Source of the DNA: Dehalococcoidia bacterium
GTDB lineage: Bacteria > Chloroflexota > Dehalococcoidia > Lucifugimonadales > UBA2985
NCBI GenBank assembly: GCA_965204895.1
Contig: OZ242025.1
Location: forward strand, 1,793,621 to 1,857,620
Length of the DNA stretch: 64,000 nucleotides
Direction of reading: 5' to 3'
This document shows, piece by piece, positions 35,660 to 45,741 of the stretch. How positions within the stretch are numbered: the first letter of the stretch is position 1; every line of letters begins with the position of its first letter. The notes beneath the pieces were generated by a model. It was not told the origin of the DNA. It made no database searches and worked only from the letters and a program-made list of their open reading frames with translations. The position numbers were made by a program, and so were the translations under genes.

Positions 35660-35696
35660 CGGCTTAAATACAACCTCAGAACGGAGAGGATAGATC

Positions 35697-38141
35697 ATGG
35701 TTTCTTCCGGAAATATCAGGCCTGTGCGCATTGAAGAGGAGATGCGCAACTCCTACCTTGACTACGCCATGAGCGTAATAGTTGCCCGCGCCCTCCCGGA
35801 CGTGCGTGACGGGCTGAAGCCGGTGCAGCGCAGAATCCTGTACGCCATGGATGACCTTGGCATGAGGGCCGGGGCCGCTTATCGAAAAAGCGCCCGCCTG
35901 GTCGGGGACGTCCTTGGTAAGTACCACCCCCACGGCGACTCCGCCGTCTACGATGCCCTTGTGCGAATGGCGCAGGACTTCTCCCTGCGATATCCCCTTA
36001 TCGATGGGCAGGGCAACTTCGGCAGCATCGACGACGACCCGCCTGCCGCAATGCGCTACACCGAGGCGCGCCTGGCCGCCATCGCCCAGGAGATGCTCGC
36101 GGACATCGACCGCGACACCGTTGACTTCGGCGTAAACTTTGACGACTCGCTCAGGGAGCCTCTGGTGCTTCCCGCGAGGCTTCCCAACCTGCTGGTCAAC
36201 GGGGCGTCGGGCATTGCCGTTGGCATGGCAACCAGCATTCCTCCCCACAACCTGCGGGAGGTGTGCGACGCCGTGATTCACCTCATAGACCACCCTGAGG
36301 CCACGGTGGACGACCTTGTGAAGTTCATCCAGGGCCCGGACTTCCCCACCGGCGGCATCATCATGGGCCGGGAGGGTATCCTCAGCGCCTACTCCACGGG
36401 CCGCGGGCGCGTGGTCGTGCGGGCCAGGGCCGCCATCGAGGACATGGCGCGTGGAGGCCGCAAGCAGATCGTCGTCACCGAGATACCCTACCAGGTGAAC
36501 AAGGCCAACCTGGTGGAGAAGATAGCCCTGCTGGCCAAGGACAAGAAGGTGGACGGGATAAGCGACATCAGGGACGAGTCCGACCGCCAGGGGCTGAGGA
36601 TTGTCATTGAGCTGCGGCGAGAGTCACAGGCGGAGATTGTGCTAAACAACCTGTACAAGCACACGGCGTTGCAGTCGGCCTTCTCCGTGAACACCCTTGC
36701 ACTGGTTGACGGACAGCCCCAGGTGCTGCCCCTCAAGCGCATTCTCCGGCACTACATCGACTTCCGCCGACAGGTGATCACCCGCCGCGCGGAGTTCGAC
36801 CTGAAGAAGGCCCAGGAGCGGGCCCACATCCTGGAGGGGCTGCGCATTGCCCTGAACAACCTGGATGCGGTGATAGCGCTCATCAGGGCATCGGCGGATG
36901 CGGAAACCGCCCGCCAGGGGCTGATGCAGCAGTTCGGCCTCACCCAGGTTCAGGCGCAGGCCATCCTGGACATGCAGCTGCGGCGCATCGCGGCCCTGGA
37001 GCGGGAGCGGATCGAGGAGGAGTACCAGGGCCTGGTCAAGACCATCGCGGAGCTTGAGGCGCTCCTGGCGGACCCGAAGAAGATTCTGGCCGAGATAAAG
37101 AAGGAGACCCGCAAGCTGCGGAAGGACTACGGCGACGACCGCCGCACGGAGATCACGGGCGAGGAGGCCAGGAACTACACCCCGGAGGAGCAGATTCAGC
37201 ACCAGGAGATGGTGATAACCATTACCCAGCGCGGCTACATCAAGTGCATGCCCGCCACCACCTACAGGGCGCAGCACCGCGGCGGACGCGGCATTACAGG
37301 GATGCTTCCAAGGGAGGCGGACGTACTCCAGCACCTTCTGGTGGCCGACACCCACGACACGTTGCTGTTCTTCACAAACCGGGGCAAGGCGTACTCCTTG
37401 CGGTGCTTTGAGGTACCGCCTGACACCACGCGGAATACCCGCGGCACTCCCGCCGTCAACCTCCTTTCGCTGTCGGAAGGGGAGCGGATAAACGCGGTGG
37501 TTGTGAAGACTGGCATAAGCCAGGAAGGGTACATCCTCCTGGCGACCCGAATGGGCGAGATCAAGCGGATGGAGTTCTCCGTACTGGCCAACATTCGGAG
37601 CAACGGGCTTATCGCAATGGACATTGAGGACGGGGACGAGGTCATATCGGCCTGGCAGGCCGGGGAAGACGATGACGTGGTGATGGTGTCGGAGAAGGGT
37701 ATGGCCGCCAGGTTCCCCATTTCCAGGGTGCCCACCAGACAGCGGCCTGCAGGCGGCGTCAGGGGAATGCGCCTTGACCCTGGGGACAGGGTTGTATCCA
37801 TGGACGTGGTGATTCCCGGGGCACAGCTGCTGGTGGTGAGCCGCAACGGGCTTGGGAAGCTGACTCCCATCACGTCCTATCGGCAGACCGGTAGGGACGT
37901 CAAGGGTGTGACAACCCTCAGGATAACCGACAAGACGGGGCCGGTGGCTACGGCTCACCTTGTGCAGGACGCCACTGAAGTGCTGCTGGTGTCCGAGAAG
38001 GGCGTCATTGTGCGGGTGCCTCTGTCGGAGATACGCTCGCTGGGCCGCATCACCCAGGGGGTCAAGATAATGAACCCGGATGATGGGGACTTCGTTGCGA
38101 CGGCCACCAGTATGAACACCAATACCAGAGGGGAAAAGTAG
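35697..38141 (+). CDS. gyrA: DNA gyrase subunit A
   Basis: [24 protein letters not shown], the QRDR-region [11 protein letters not shown], active-site AAMRYTE and C-terminal beta-pinwheel repeats. Confidence 0.97.
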   Translation: MVSSGNIRPVRIEEEMRNSYLDYAMSVIVARALPDVRDGLKPVQRRILYAMDDLGMRAGAAYRKSARLVGDVLGKYHPHGDSAVYDALVRMAQDFSLRYPLIDGQGNFGSIDDDPPAAMRYTEARLAAIAQEMLADIDRDTVDFGVNFDDSLREPLVLPARLPNLLVNGASGIAVGMATSIPPHNLREVCDAVIHLIDHPEATVDDLVKFIQGPDFPTGGIIMGREGILSAYSTGRGRVVVRARAAIEDMARGGRKQIVVTEIPYQVNKANLVEKIALLAKDKKVDGISDIRDESDRQGLRIVIELRRESQAEIVLNNLYKHTALQSAFSVNTLALVDGQPQVLPLKRILRHYIDFRRQVITRRAEFDLKKAQERAHILEGLRIALNNLDAVIALIRASADAETARQGLMQQFGLTQVQAQAILDMQLRRIAALERERIEEEYQGLVKTIAELEALLADPKKILAEIKKETRKLRKDYGDDRRTEITGEEARNYTPEEQIQHQEMVITITQRGYIKCMPATTYRAQHRGGRGITGMLPREADVLQHLLVADTHDTLLFFTNRGKAYSLRCFEVPPDTTRNTRGTPAVNLLSLSEGERINAVVVKTGISQEGYILLATRMGEIKRMEFSVLANIRSNGLIAMDIEDGDEVISAWQAGEDDDVVMVSEKGMAARFPISRVPTRQRPAGGVRGMRLDPGDRVVSMDVVIPGAQLLVVSRNGLGKLTPITSYRQTGRDVKGVTTLRITDKTGPVATAHLVQDATEVLLVSEKGVIVRVPLSEIRSLGRITQGVKIMNPDDGDFVATATSMNTNTRGEK

Positions 38142-38172
38142 GGGAAGGCTCTCTGCTGTCCCCCCATCCCAA

Positions 38173-38196
38173 CCTTCCCCCGCTTGCGGGGGAAGG
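38173..38196. terminator. GC-rich hairpin between convergent gyrA and the TPP-enzyme gene
   Basis: ccttcccccg-cttg-cgggggaagg. There is no U-tract on either strand, so terminator function is uncertain. Confidence 0.3.
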
Positions 38197-38245
38197 AGCC
38201 TTGGGGCAGCCTAAAGGGCTCAGCTAATGTCTCTCGGCGCAGTAA

Positions 38246-39838
38246 TCACCCGTAGGGTGAGGGCATCATGCCCACCGGCACCTCAATGAGGGTCGGCGCT
38301 TTGGCGGCTAGGGCGTCCTGAAGCGCAGCCTCCAGCCGGTTCGGGCCGTCCGCCCGGATTCCCTTTGCGCCGTAGGCCTGCGCCAGCTTCACGAAGTCCG
38401 GGTTGTGCAGCTCTGAGCCTATTGGCCTGTTGCCAAACCGGTTTATCTGGTCCCTTAGCACGTTGCCGTAGGCGTTGTCGTTGAACACCACGGTCACCAG
38501 GTTGATGCCGTACTTCACGGCGGTGGCAAGCTCCTGGGAGTTGTAGAGGAAACCGCCGTCGCCGCAGATTGCCACCACTGGCCTGTTGGGTTGGGCAACC
38601 TTCGCGCCCAGGGCCGTGGGGAAGGCGTAGCCCAGGTTCCCAAAGTAGGATGAGGTCATGAAGGTGCCCGGCTCGTAGACGGGGTAGTGGACGCGGCTGT
38701 AGTAGCTAATCTGGGTCATGTCCGCCACGAATATGCCGTCGTCCGGGATGACCTTCCTGAGGACCGCCGTGAGAGAGTCCTGGGGCTCCACCTTGCGAAT
38801 ATTGGTCTGCCTCTCCGCCTTGAGCGCCTCCAACTCCGCCTTGCGGCTGGGTCTGGGGGGCTGGGTGGCCGACAGCTCGCGGTACAGCTCCTCCAGGGTG
38901 CGCCTGGCGTCCCCCACAAGGCCGATTGTGTCCTTGTGGTTCCGGCCTATCTCCTCGTCATCTATGTCAATCTGGATGACCTGATGGCCCTGCAGCACGT
39001 CCGGGTTGGCAAGCCTGCTGCCGACGGCCAGCACCAGGTCGTGGCCGGTCAGCTGGTTGTTGTCCCGGCCCGTGATCGCGCCAGCAGACAGGTAGTGCCT
39101 GTCCGAGATGGCGCCCTTGCCCTCGTTGGTGCAGACAACGGGCGCCTGCAGGTGCTCCGCCACCTTCAGCAGCATCTCCGAGGCCCCGGACCTGATGACG
39201 CCGCCGCCGGCCCATATAATGGGGTTTGGCGCTTCCAGTATTAGCTTTGCTGCCTGTCTGACCGCCTCATACGCGGCCGCTGGGCGGAAGTAGTCCCCCG
39301 GCTCAAGAAGCTGTACGTCCGCCTCCTCCGCCAGGGTCTCCGGCGGAATCTCTATCTCAACGGGGCGGGGCCGGCCGGTCCTGAGTTGGTAGAAGGCCTC
39401 ATGGATGGCGTCGGGGATCTCCGCCGGGTCCAGAATTCTGCGCGCCCACTTGGTCACCTGCTTTATCGCCTCCAGCTGGTCGTCGACCTCGTGGAGCATA
39501 CCCCGGTTGACCCCGATAAGCTCTCTCTGTATCTGTCCGGAGATCGCCAGCACGGGGCTTGATGAGGCGTAGGCCGTGCCTATGGCTGCGGAGGCGTTGA
39601 GCAAGCCGGGGCCTGGAACGACAAGGGTAGTCCCAACGTCGCCGCTAGCCCGGGCATAGCCGTCCGCCATATAGGCCGCGCCCTGCTCGTGGCGGGTGGT
39701 CATAAACTGAATGCCCGGCTCATCGTACAGGGCGTCCATAGCGTGGTATGTCTGCACCCCTGGCAGGCCAAAAATGTGGCGCACACCCTCCAGGTAGAGG
39801 GACTTCATCAGTATCTGACCGCCTGTCAATTTGGGCAT
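38246..39838 (-). CDS. Thiamine-pyrophosphate-dependent enzyme, acetolactate-synthase-like family
   Basis: N-terminal TPP-pyrimidine domain (GVRHIFGLPG, TRHEQGAAYMADGYAR) and the C-terminal TPP motif GDGGFLYNSQELATA...NN. Start at MPKLTGG (ATG 39838, GGGAGG RBS) within ORF 38246..39961. Confidence 0.8.
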   Translation of the reverse strand: MPKLTGGQILMKSLYLEGVRHIFGLPGVQTYHAMDALYDEPGIQFMTTRHEQGAAYMADGYARASGDVGTTLVVPGPGLLNASAAIGTAYASSSPVLAISGQIQRELIGVNRGMLHEVDDQLEAIKQVTKWARRILDPAEIPDAIHEAFYQLRTGRPRPVEIEIPPETLAEEADVQLLEPGDYFRPAAAYEAVRQAAKLILEAPNPIIWAGGGVIRSGASEMLLKVAEHLQAPVVCTNEGKGAISDRHYLSAGAITGRDNNQLTGHDLVLAVGSRLANPDVLQGHQVIQIDIDDEEIGRNHKDTIGLVGDARRTLEELYRELSATQPPRPSRKAELEALKAERQTNIRKVEPQDSLTAVLRKVIPDDGIFVADMTQISYYSRVHYPVYEPGTFMTSSYFGNLGYAFPTALGAKVAQPNRPVVAICGDGGFLYNSQELATAVKYGINLVTVVFNDNAYGNVLRDQINRFGNRPIGSELHNPDFVKLAQAYGAKGIRADGPNRLEAALQDALAAKAPTLIEVPVGMMPSPYG

Positions 39839-39978
39839 GGCTGCTGCCTCCCTTCTTACGGCGCGCGGGGTAGACGTGTCCCCGCCGGCTGACTCCAGAA
39901 TAGCAAAAAGAGACTCCCAATTGAAGAGCGTGAAGCGAGATTGTTGCCAAAATGCACACATAATGCGACAATGGTTGT

Positions 39979-40263
39979 GTGGGTATTGCCTTTGACTGGA
40001 GCTTTGAGAAGAACCTGCAACTCGTTGAGCAACGGGGAATTTCTTTCGAGGGCATTGTATCCGCTATAGAGCAAGGTGGGCTTATGGACGTGCTGGAGCA
40101 CCCGAACCAGGGCCGCTATCCGGGGCAGCAGATCTATGTTGTCGCAGTACAGGAGTACATTCACCTTGTGCCGTTTGTGATACAGGAGGACGGCGTTCGT
40201 TTTCTCAAGACTATTATACCCAGCCGGAAGGCAACAAGAGATTACTGGAGGACGCGGCCATGA
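39979..40263 (+). CDS. BrnT-like (DUF497) toxin
   Basis: 94-aa ORF. FDWSFEKNLQLVEQRGISFE matches the (F/W)DW..K...N..KHG.SF pattern, and the C-terminus is IIPSRKATRDY. Its 3' end overlaps the downstream antitoxin-like gene by 4 nt. Confidence 0.55.
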   Translation: MGIAFDWSFEKNLQLVEQRGISFEGIVSAIEQGGLMDVLEHPNQGRYPGQQIYVVAVQEYIHLVPFVIQEDGVRFLKTIIPSRKATRDYWRTRP

Positions 40264-40538
40264 AGGACGAGATAATGGACACGGAAGAGAGGGACATTCT
40301 GAGCCGATTTGAAATGGGTGAGTTGCGTCCGTCTCTCAACGCTGCCCGTGAGATCCAGGCGGCGCAAGAAGCGGCGCGTAACACCTTCAACAAGACCCGG
40401 CGGGTAAACCTGCGCGTAACAGAGCGCGACTATATGCTGGCTCATACTCGGGCCAGGGAGGAAGGGATTCCCTACCAGACGCTGCTGTCCAGCGTCATCC
40501 ATAAGTACCTGTCCGGCAGATTGACCGAGAAGGTGTAG
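40260..40538 (+). CDS. CopG/RHH-type antitoxin (BrnA/CopG_antitoxin-like)
   Basis: 92-aa ORF. The pattern RVNLRVTERDYMLAHTRAREEGIPYQTLLSSVIHKYLSGRL is typical of this antitoxin family. Confidence 0.65.
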   Translation: MKDEIMDTEERDILSRFEMGELRPSLNAAREIQAAQEAARNTFNKTRRVNLRVTERDYMLAHTRAREEGIPYQTLLSSVIHKYLSGRLTEKV

Positions 40539-40609
40539 CGGACATCCCGGCGCTGGAGCGGGAGGCGGAGAATAACGAAAAGGCGCCACGTGAAGAGAAC
40601 GCGGCCGCT

Positions 40610-41404
40610 CTAGCCTTGGCGTATGCCCCGGGCGACGACGCACGTCCATTGGAAGTGGATGCCGCCCGCATCGTCCTGGCGAATGTGAAAGGCGTCCACG
40701 GCGTCCTGTGAGGCGTTGAGGAAGTCACGCCGCAGGCCCTCGACCACCGGCGCGGGGGTTCCTGAGCGCAGCACCCAGTCGTCGAATCCCATTGGCACGG
40801 GCGCAAGTGCGGTGTCGGTTACGTGGAAGCCCTGGGACTCCAGCAGGGCAATCCACTCTGAGGGCGAGAGGTTGCGCACGTGGCTGGAGTCTCGCCGCTC
40901 TTCGATGTCGTTCATCCAGTCTGCGGTGGGCGCGTCCTCCGGGCAGGAGGTGTCCGCCATGATAAGGACGGCCTCCTTCGCAACAACGCGATGCCACTCG
41001 GAGACGGCCCTGTTCAGGTCCTGGAAGTGGTGGGCGGCCGTCCGGCAGGTGAGCAGGTCCAAGGAGCCGTCCTGGAAGGGAAGCTCCTCAGAGGCCGCCA
41101 GGACGTAGCCCAGGTTGCTCAGGCCGCGCTGGGCAACCTGCTTGCGGGTCTCCGCCAGCATGGCAGGGGTGATGTCCACTGCAAGCACGTGGTCGGCGTA
41201 TGGCGCTACGGCAAAGGCCGTGAACCCCGTCCCGGTGCCAATGTCCGCGGCAAGGGGATACCTGGCCCTGGACGCCCAGTCCTGTACCACCTCAAGGCTC
41301 TCCCCGGAGCTGTGGACTATGCTCTCGGAATAGAAGCGGGCCTGCCGCCCAAACTGCTCCTGGGACGTGACCTGCGGTTGGTTGTTCTGCTCGGAAGACA
41401 CCAC
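40610..41404 (-). CDS. Class I SAM-dependent methyltransferase
   Basis: SAM motif I AADIGTGTGFTAF, then VLAVDITPAML and the post-I/II pattern. Confidence 0.8.
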   Translation of the reverse strand: MVSSEQNNQPQVTSQEQFGRQARFYSESIVHSSGESLEVVQDWASRARYPLAADIGTGTGFTAFAVAPYADHVLAVDITPAMLAETRKQVAQRGLSNLGYVLAASEELPFQDGSLDLLTCRTAAHHFQDLNRAVSEWHRVVAKEAVLIMADTSCPEDAPTADWMNDIEERRDSSHVRNLSPSEWIALLESQGFHVTDTALAPVPMGFDDWVLRSGTPAPVVEGLRRDFLNASQDAVDAFHIRQDDAGGIHFQWTCVVARGIRQG

Positions 41405-41470
41405 TGAATGTTAGCCCAAGGTTGGGGATGATGCAAGGGCGATGAGTGGCGTTCCGACCACGCGCTGCGA

Positions 41471-41902
41471 TTACAACTTCAGCGCCTGCCCAATCCGCAG
41501 GCCCAGCGCCACTGCCGACAGGCCGATGGCCAGTTGCAGCAGAACGTTCGCCGACCCGGCCAGGTACGCCCCGTCCCGGAGCAGCCTGACGGTCTCCATT
41601 CCGAAGGCCGAGAACGTGGTGAAGCCGCCGAGCACGCCTACTACCAGGAACGCCTGGGCCTCGGGGCTGAGCGGCTGGCGGGCGTCGGCAAAGCCCACAA
41701 TTGCGCCTATCAGGAAGCAGCCCAGCGCGTTCACGGCAAGGGTTCCGTAGGGGAAAGCGGAGCCTCCCATCGCGCCGGTCACCCCCGTGACAACGAGGTA
41801 GCGCATTATGGCTCCAACTACGCCGCCCGCTCCGACCCATAGTATCAGCAATGTAAGCTTGTCCTCCGTCTGAGCCTTTTGCTCAGGGTAGTTGTACCAC
41901 AA
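41471..41902 (-). CDS. crcB: Fluoride ion channel CrcB
   Basis: 4-TM protein with GAGGVVGAIMRY and GGFTTFSAF motifs. The true start is probably the internal TTG at 41851 (GGAGGA about 10 nt upstream), giving about 127 aa. Confidence 0.85.
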   Translation of the reverse strand: MWYNYPEQKAQTEDKLTLLILWVGAGGVVGAIMRYLVVTGVTGAMGGSAFPYGTLAVNALGCFLIGAIVGFADARQPLSPEAQAFLVVGVLGGFTTFSAFGMETVRLLRDGAYLAGSANVLLQLAIGLSAVALGLRIGQALKL

Positions 41903-42021
41903 ATCGGAGTATGAAGGTAGGTCTGCAGATGTTCATCGTCACGTTGCTGTGGGCCGTTGGAGGACTAGACCGCAGGCCGTTGACCTCGTATTATTAGGCT
42001 ATCCAAGAGAGGTGAGACATA

Positions 42022-43491
42022 ATGCTAGTACCAAGGGCGATGAGCACCCAGCACCCGGACAACGCGACACCGGCGCCCTTCGCCGATGAGGCCGGAGTGC
42101 TGAAGGGCGACGGTGAGGTGAACGAGGCCGTCGATGTCTTCGCCCTGGGCTGTGACGAGCAGATGTGGGACTCCGAGGGCAAGGAGGCCGACAACCAGGT
42201 CGTTCGGAAACTGCTCACCGGCTATCCGGACTTCTTCCAGGACAATATCCAGCTTGGTCGAGACGTGGCTCTGACCCTGCGAGTGCCCAATCCACGTATT
42301 GAGCAGGACATGCGCAAGTCCATGGTGGAGGCTCTGCAGAGCGTGCCCTCCGCCTGGGACATGGCGCACAGCTTCTATGGTGACGAGCACGCCGCTCCTA
42401 TTCAGGAGGTCATTCTCCCATTCACAACCTCCGCGGAGGAGCTTCTGCTGGTTGAGGCCTACTACCAGAGGGTGATCGTCGGGCAGGAGGACGAGACCCT
42501 GGTGGACGGCCAGGAAGTCAGGGACTGGGTGGGGGAGTTCTACCCCAAGACCGTCCGGGTGATTCCCCTCATCGAGGACGTGGAGCACCTCTTCCATTGT
42601 GACGCCATTGTCGAGGAGTTCCTGCACGGGAGGGAGCTGCCCGGTCAGAGGGTGTTCCTGGCGCGGAGCGACCCGGCGCTCAACTACGGCGTGGTGTCCG
42701 CCGAGCTTGCGCTGAAGGTGGCCCTGCGCCGCCTGTACGACCTGGAAGGTAAGCTGGGCGTTCCTCTGTACCCCATCATCGGAGTTGGCTCTGTGCCCTT
42801 CCGGGGACATCTGAACCCGCTTAACGTCGACCGCGCCCTGACAGAGTACCCAAGTGTCCAGACCTTCACCGTCCAGTCAGCCTTCAAGTACGACTACGAC
42901 AGGGATACCGTCCGCTCCGGCATAGCGCAACTCCTGGCTCACGAGCGCCGGGAACCGGCGTCCGTTGATAATGAGCGCGTCCGCGACGTCATCCGCAAGA
43001 CCACCACTGAGTATCAGAACCAGGTGCACAAGATGATCCACGTCATCAGCACCGTATCGGCGCACGTTCCCAAGCGCCGGGAGCGCAAGATGCACGTTGG
43101 TCTGTTCGGCTACGGGCGTTCTCTGGACGGTGTGGGCGGCGTGACCCTGCCGCGGGCCATTGGCTTCACAGCCTCCCTCTACTCAATCGGCGTTCCGCCG
43201 GAGCTGCTGGGCCTGGCCGCGCTCACCGACTCGGACCTCGCATTTGTGCGGGAGGTCTACCCCAGCCTTGACCAGGATCTCCACGCGGCCCTGCGCTTCA
43301 CCAATGAGCGTCACGTGGGAGAGCTACTGGGCGCGCCGTACATACGGTTGGTGGAGCAGTTCGCCGGCGATATAGACCGCGTCCACGAGGGGCTGACCAG
43401 CGCAATCCGCGCCGGTCTCGACGAAAACGCCGACGTCAACATCAGCCAGTACGTTCAGGAGGCCGCCCATCTCCGCCGCTTCCTGGGCTAG
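42022..43491 (+). CDS. ppcA: Archaeal-type phosphoenolpyruvate carboxylase (PpcA)
   Basis: The N-terminal hallmark PRAMSTQHPDN and a length of about 490 aa fit the atypical/archaeal PEPC family rather than the 900-aa bacterial Ppc. Confidence 0.8.
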   Translation: MLVPRAMSTQHPDNATPAPFADEAGVLKGDGEVNEAVDVFALGCDEQMWDSEGKEADNQVVRKLLTGYPDFFQDNIQLGRDVALTLRVPNPRIEQDMRKSMVEALQSVPSAWDMAHSFYGDEHAAPIQEVILPFTTSAEELLLVEAYYQRVIVGQEDETLVDGQEVRDWVGEFYPKTVRVIPLIEDVEHLFHCDAIVEEFLHGRELPGQRVFLARSDPALNYGVVSAELALKVALRRLYDLEGKLGVPLYPIIGVGSVPFRGHLNPLNVDRALTEYPSVQTFTVQSAFKYDYDRDTVRSGIAQLLAHERREPASVDNERVRDVIRKTTTEYQNQVHKMIHVISTVSAHVPKRRERKMHVGLFGYGRSLDGVGGVTLPRAIGFTASLYSIGVPPELLGLAALTDSDLAFVREVYPSLDQDLHAALRFTNERHVGELLGAPYIRLVEQFAGDIDRVHEGLTSAIRAGLDENADVNISQYVQEAAHLRRFLG

Positions 43492-43556
43492 CACGTTATC
43501 TGAGTACAGGACTACGTTGGCGCAATCCCCTCTGAGGGGAGCCTGGCGCGCTGCGC

Positions 43557-45212
43557 TCACTCCTGCCGCAGAATAGGTCGAATTATCTGCTTCGCCTCCT
43601 CCATGTCGGCCACCATGTTCCCTGGAGGCACCCTGTCCAGCACGCGCAGGGCATTGAGCGTGTCTGCCACGTCGTCGTGCAGGCCGGAGATGATCAGAGT
43701 CCTTGAGGGGTGTGCCAGGGCAATGCGAATCAGCTCGCCTATCATTACGGCGGCGGTATCGTCCACGTACAGCGTTCGGGACATTTCCAGGACCACCACC
43801 TGATGGCCCCGGATGTCGGGTCGAAGGCTGCGGCTCATCTCCCTGGCGGATGCCACCGTGACCCGGTCCGGGAGTATCACCATCCCTGTGCGAGCCTGGT
43901 ACGGGTCGATGTCGTCTGAGTCGGCGTCGTCCAGTATGGCCTGGTCAAGCACGGGGGTGGAGATCAGGGAGCGGACCTCCATAGGCTCAAGCTGCCGCGC
44001 CCCCGTCAAAGCGGCCACCACCAGGCCAACAACTATGGCAAGGTTTATGTCCACAAAGAGGACCAGGGCGCTTGTCAGGACCATGACTGCGGCATAGCGG
44101 CGGGGTATACGGTGAATCCGGGTGATGAAACGCCAGTCGATGATGTTCCAGCCGTTAATAATCAGGATCCCGGCCAGGACTGCGAAGGGGATACGCTCCG
44201 CGACCGGAGCCAGGACGAAGAGGACCAGGAGGAATAGCGCGGATACCGTGACCCCTGCGACCATTGTCCGCCCGCCGCTGAAGGCGTTGGCAAAGCTGCC
44301 CGGGGCAACTCCCCCGGGGGAGCCTCCTATGAGACCGGCAGCAATGTTCCCAACGCCCTGGGCCATGACTTCCCGGTTTGGCTTATGCTGCGTGCCAGTG
44401 ATTGCGTCCAGCTGCAATGACACTATCAGGGTGGACACCGAGCTTAGCAGGGCCATCGCAAAGGCCGGCTGCGCGACTCGGAGGAAGAAGTCCAGGGAAA
44501 CGTCCGGCAGCTGAGGGGCAGGCAGGCCGATGGGAATCTCGCCGATTGTCGGGGCTTCCCGCAGCGCCGTCACTCCAACCACGCTGCCGATGACCAGCAC
44601 CACAAAGGGGGAGGGGGCAATGCGCAACAGCCGTCCCCGCCACAGAATTCCCAGGGCCACGCAGAAGACGCTCAGGGCCAGCGCCTGGATGTGCACCTCC
44701 GCTATGGCCGTTGGCAGCGCCTTGATGCTATCGAGGGCGCTTCCGGCCGGTGATGCGCCCAGGGCCAGGAGCGCCTGCTTGATGATCAGCAGGAACCCGA
44801 ATGCGGTGAAGAACCCTGCGGTCAGGGAGAAGGGTATGTATGACACGTACCGCCCCACTCCCAACAGGCCGAAGGCGATCTGCATCAGTCCGGCCAGAAT
44901 CCCGACGCTTATGGCCTCGGTGATGCTCGTAGTGTATTCAGAAACCACGATCGCCATAGTAAGGGTGACCAGTATATTGGGGCCGGAGGTCATTCCCCTG
45001 GTTCCCCCAAAGATGGCGGCAAAGAAGCTGACCGCCACAGCGCCGTAGAGCCCGGCCACGGGGCCCAACCCGGATATCACCCCGTACCCTATCGCCGTTG
45101 GAAGCGATATGCTCCCCGCCGTGATACCACCGAACACGTCCCCGCGCAGGTCGGCCAGCCCGTAGCTGAACTGCCCGGGTAAAGCGGAGGACAGACGTTG
45201 TTTAACGTTCAT
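43557..45212 (-). CDS. SulP-family anion permease with C-terminal STAS domain
   Basis: 10+ TM core (GDVFGGITAGSISLPTAIGYG) and a STAS-like tail (VVVLEMSRTLYVDDTAAVMIGEL). Confidence 0.88.
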   Translation of the reverse strand: MNVKQRLSSALPGQFSYGLADLRGDVFGGITAGSISLPTAIGYGVISGLGPVAGLYGAVAVSFFAAIFGGTRGMTSGPNILVTLTMAIVVSEYTTSITEAISVGILAGLMQIAFGLLGVGRYVSYIPFSLTAGFFTAFGFLLIIKQALLALGASPAGSALDSIKALPTAIAEVHIQALALSVFCVALGILWRGRLLRIAPSPFVVLVIGSVVGVTALREAPTIGEIPIGLPAPQLPDVSLDFFLRVAQPAFAMALLSSVSTLIVSLQLDAITGTQHKPNREVMAQGVGNIAAGLIGGSPGGVAPGSFANAFSGGRTMVAGVTVSALFLLVLFVLAPVAERIPFAVLAGILIINGWNIIDWRFITRIHRIPRRYAAVMVLTSALVLFVDINLAIVVGLVVAALTGARQLEPMEVRSLISTPVLDQAILDDADSDDIDPYQARTGMVILPDRVTVASAREMSRSLRPDIRGHQVVVLEMSRTLYVDDTAAVMIGELIRIALAHPSRTLIISGLHDDVADTLNALRVLDRVPPGNMVADMEEAKQIIRPILRQE

Positions 45213-45337
45213 AGGCTTGAGACACTATAGAATGCCGGAGAGGTCGGAGGCTCCGGAATCAGTGACAGCTTACCAGCTATTCCACTATGGCGAAAGTGGC
45301 GTGTCGCTGCAGACGGGCCGGTCGCCGGCGCGCTCGG

Positions 45338-45366
45338 TTTACCCTCCACTCCGCATGTGCTAGAAT
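45338..45366 (+). promoter_or_regulatory. Candidate promoter of the fmdB-like and thiE genes
   Basis: TTTACC, 17-nt spacer, TAGAAT, with TG two positions upstream of the -10. Confidence 0.4.
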
Positions 45367-45388
45367 TTCTATACTAGAGGTAACATCT

Positions 45389-45736
45389 ATGCCCATTTAC
45401 GAATATCGCTGCCAGAGTTGCAACCGCAAGTTCTCCGTGTTCTTCCGCAGCTTTTCGGAGACCAGCGAGCCCTCCTGCTCCCACTGCGGCGGCGAAAACC
45501 CGACTCGCATCATCTCCCAGGTGGCCGTCATCACAAGCTGGAACGACTTCATGGGCAACATGCCCTCCTGGGAGAGCATGACGGACTTTGACGAGGACGA
45601 CCCCAGAAGCGTTGCCGACATGCTCCGTACCATGAAGGACAGGACCGGCCAGGACATTGGGGTGGAGGGTGAGGAGTTCCTGGCTCGCATGGACACTGGG
45701 GAGATGCTCAACGACACCGGCAGCCTTGGATTCTAG
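45389..45736 (+). CDS. FmdB-family zinc-ribbon protein (CxxC_CxxC_SSSS)
   Basis: MPIYEYRCQSC....CSHCGG hallmark. ATG 45389 within ORF 45287..45736. Confidence 0.8.
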   Translation: MPIYEYRCQSCNRKFSVFFRSFSETSEPSCSHCGGENPTRIISQVAVITSWNDFMGNMPSWESMTDFDEDDPRSVADMLRTMKDRTGQDIGVEGEEFLARMDTGEMLNDTGSLGF

Positions 45737-45741
45737 CGGCA

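Noticed and set aside
41903-42021. Fluoride (crcB-motif) riboswitch expected upstream of crcB
   Set aside because: Reading the minus strand, I found only loose resemblances (ccaacggccc, gacgatga, agaccuac with a possible ggucu partner). The GGCGAUGG...CGCC P1 is absent, and the spacing between GAUG and the pseudoknot arm does not fit the consensus. A covariance-model scan would settle it.
45213-45388. TPP riboswitch upstream of the fmdB-like and thiE genes
   Set aside because: No CUGAGA ... ACCUGAUCUGGAUAAUGCCAGCG-type core. Only a promoter-like TTTACC-17-TAGAAT is present.
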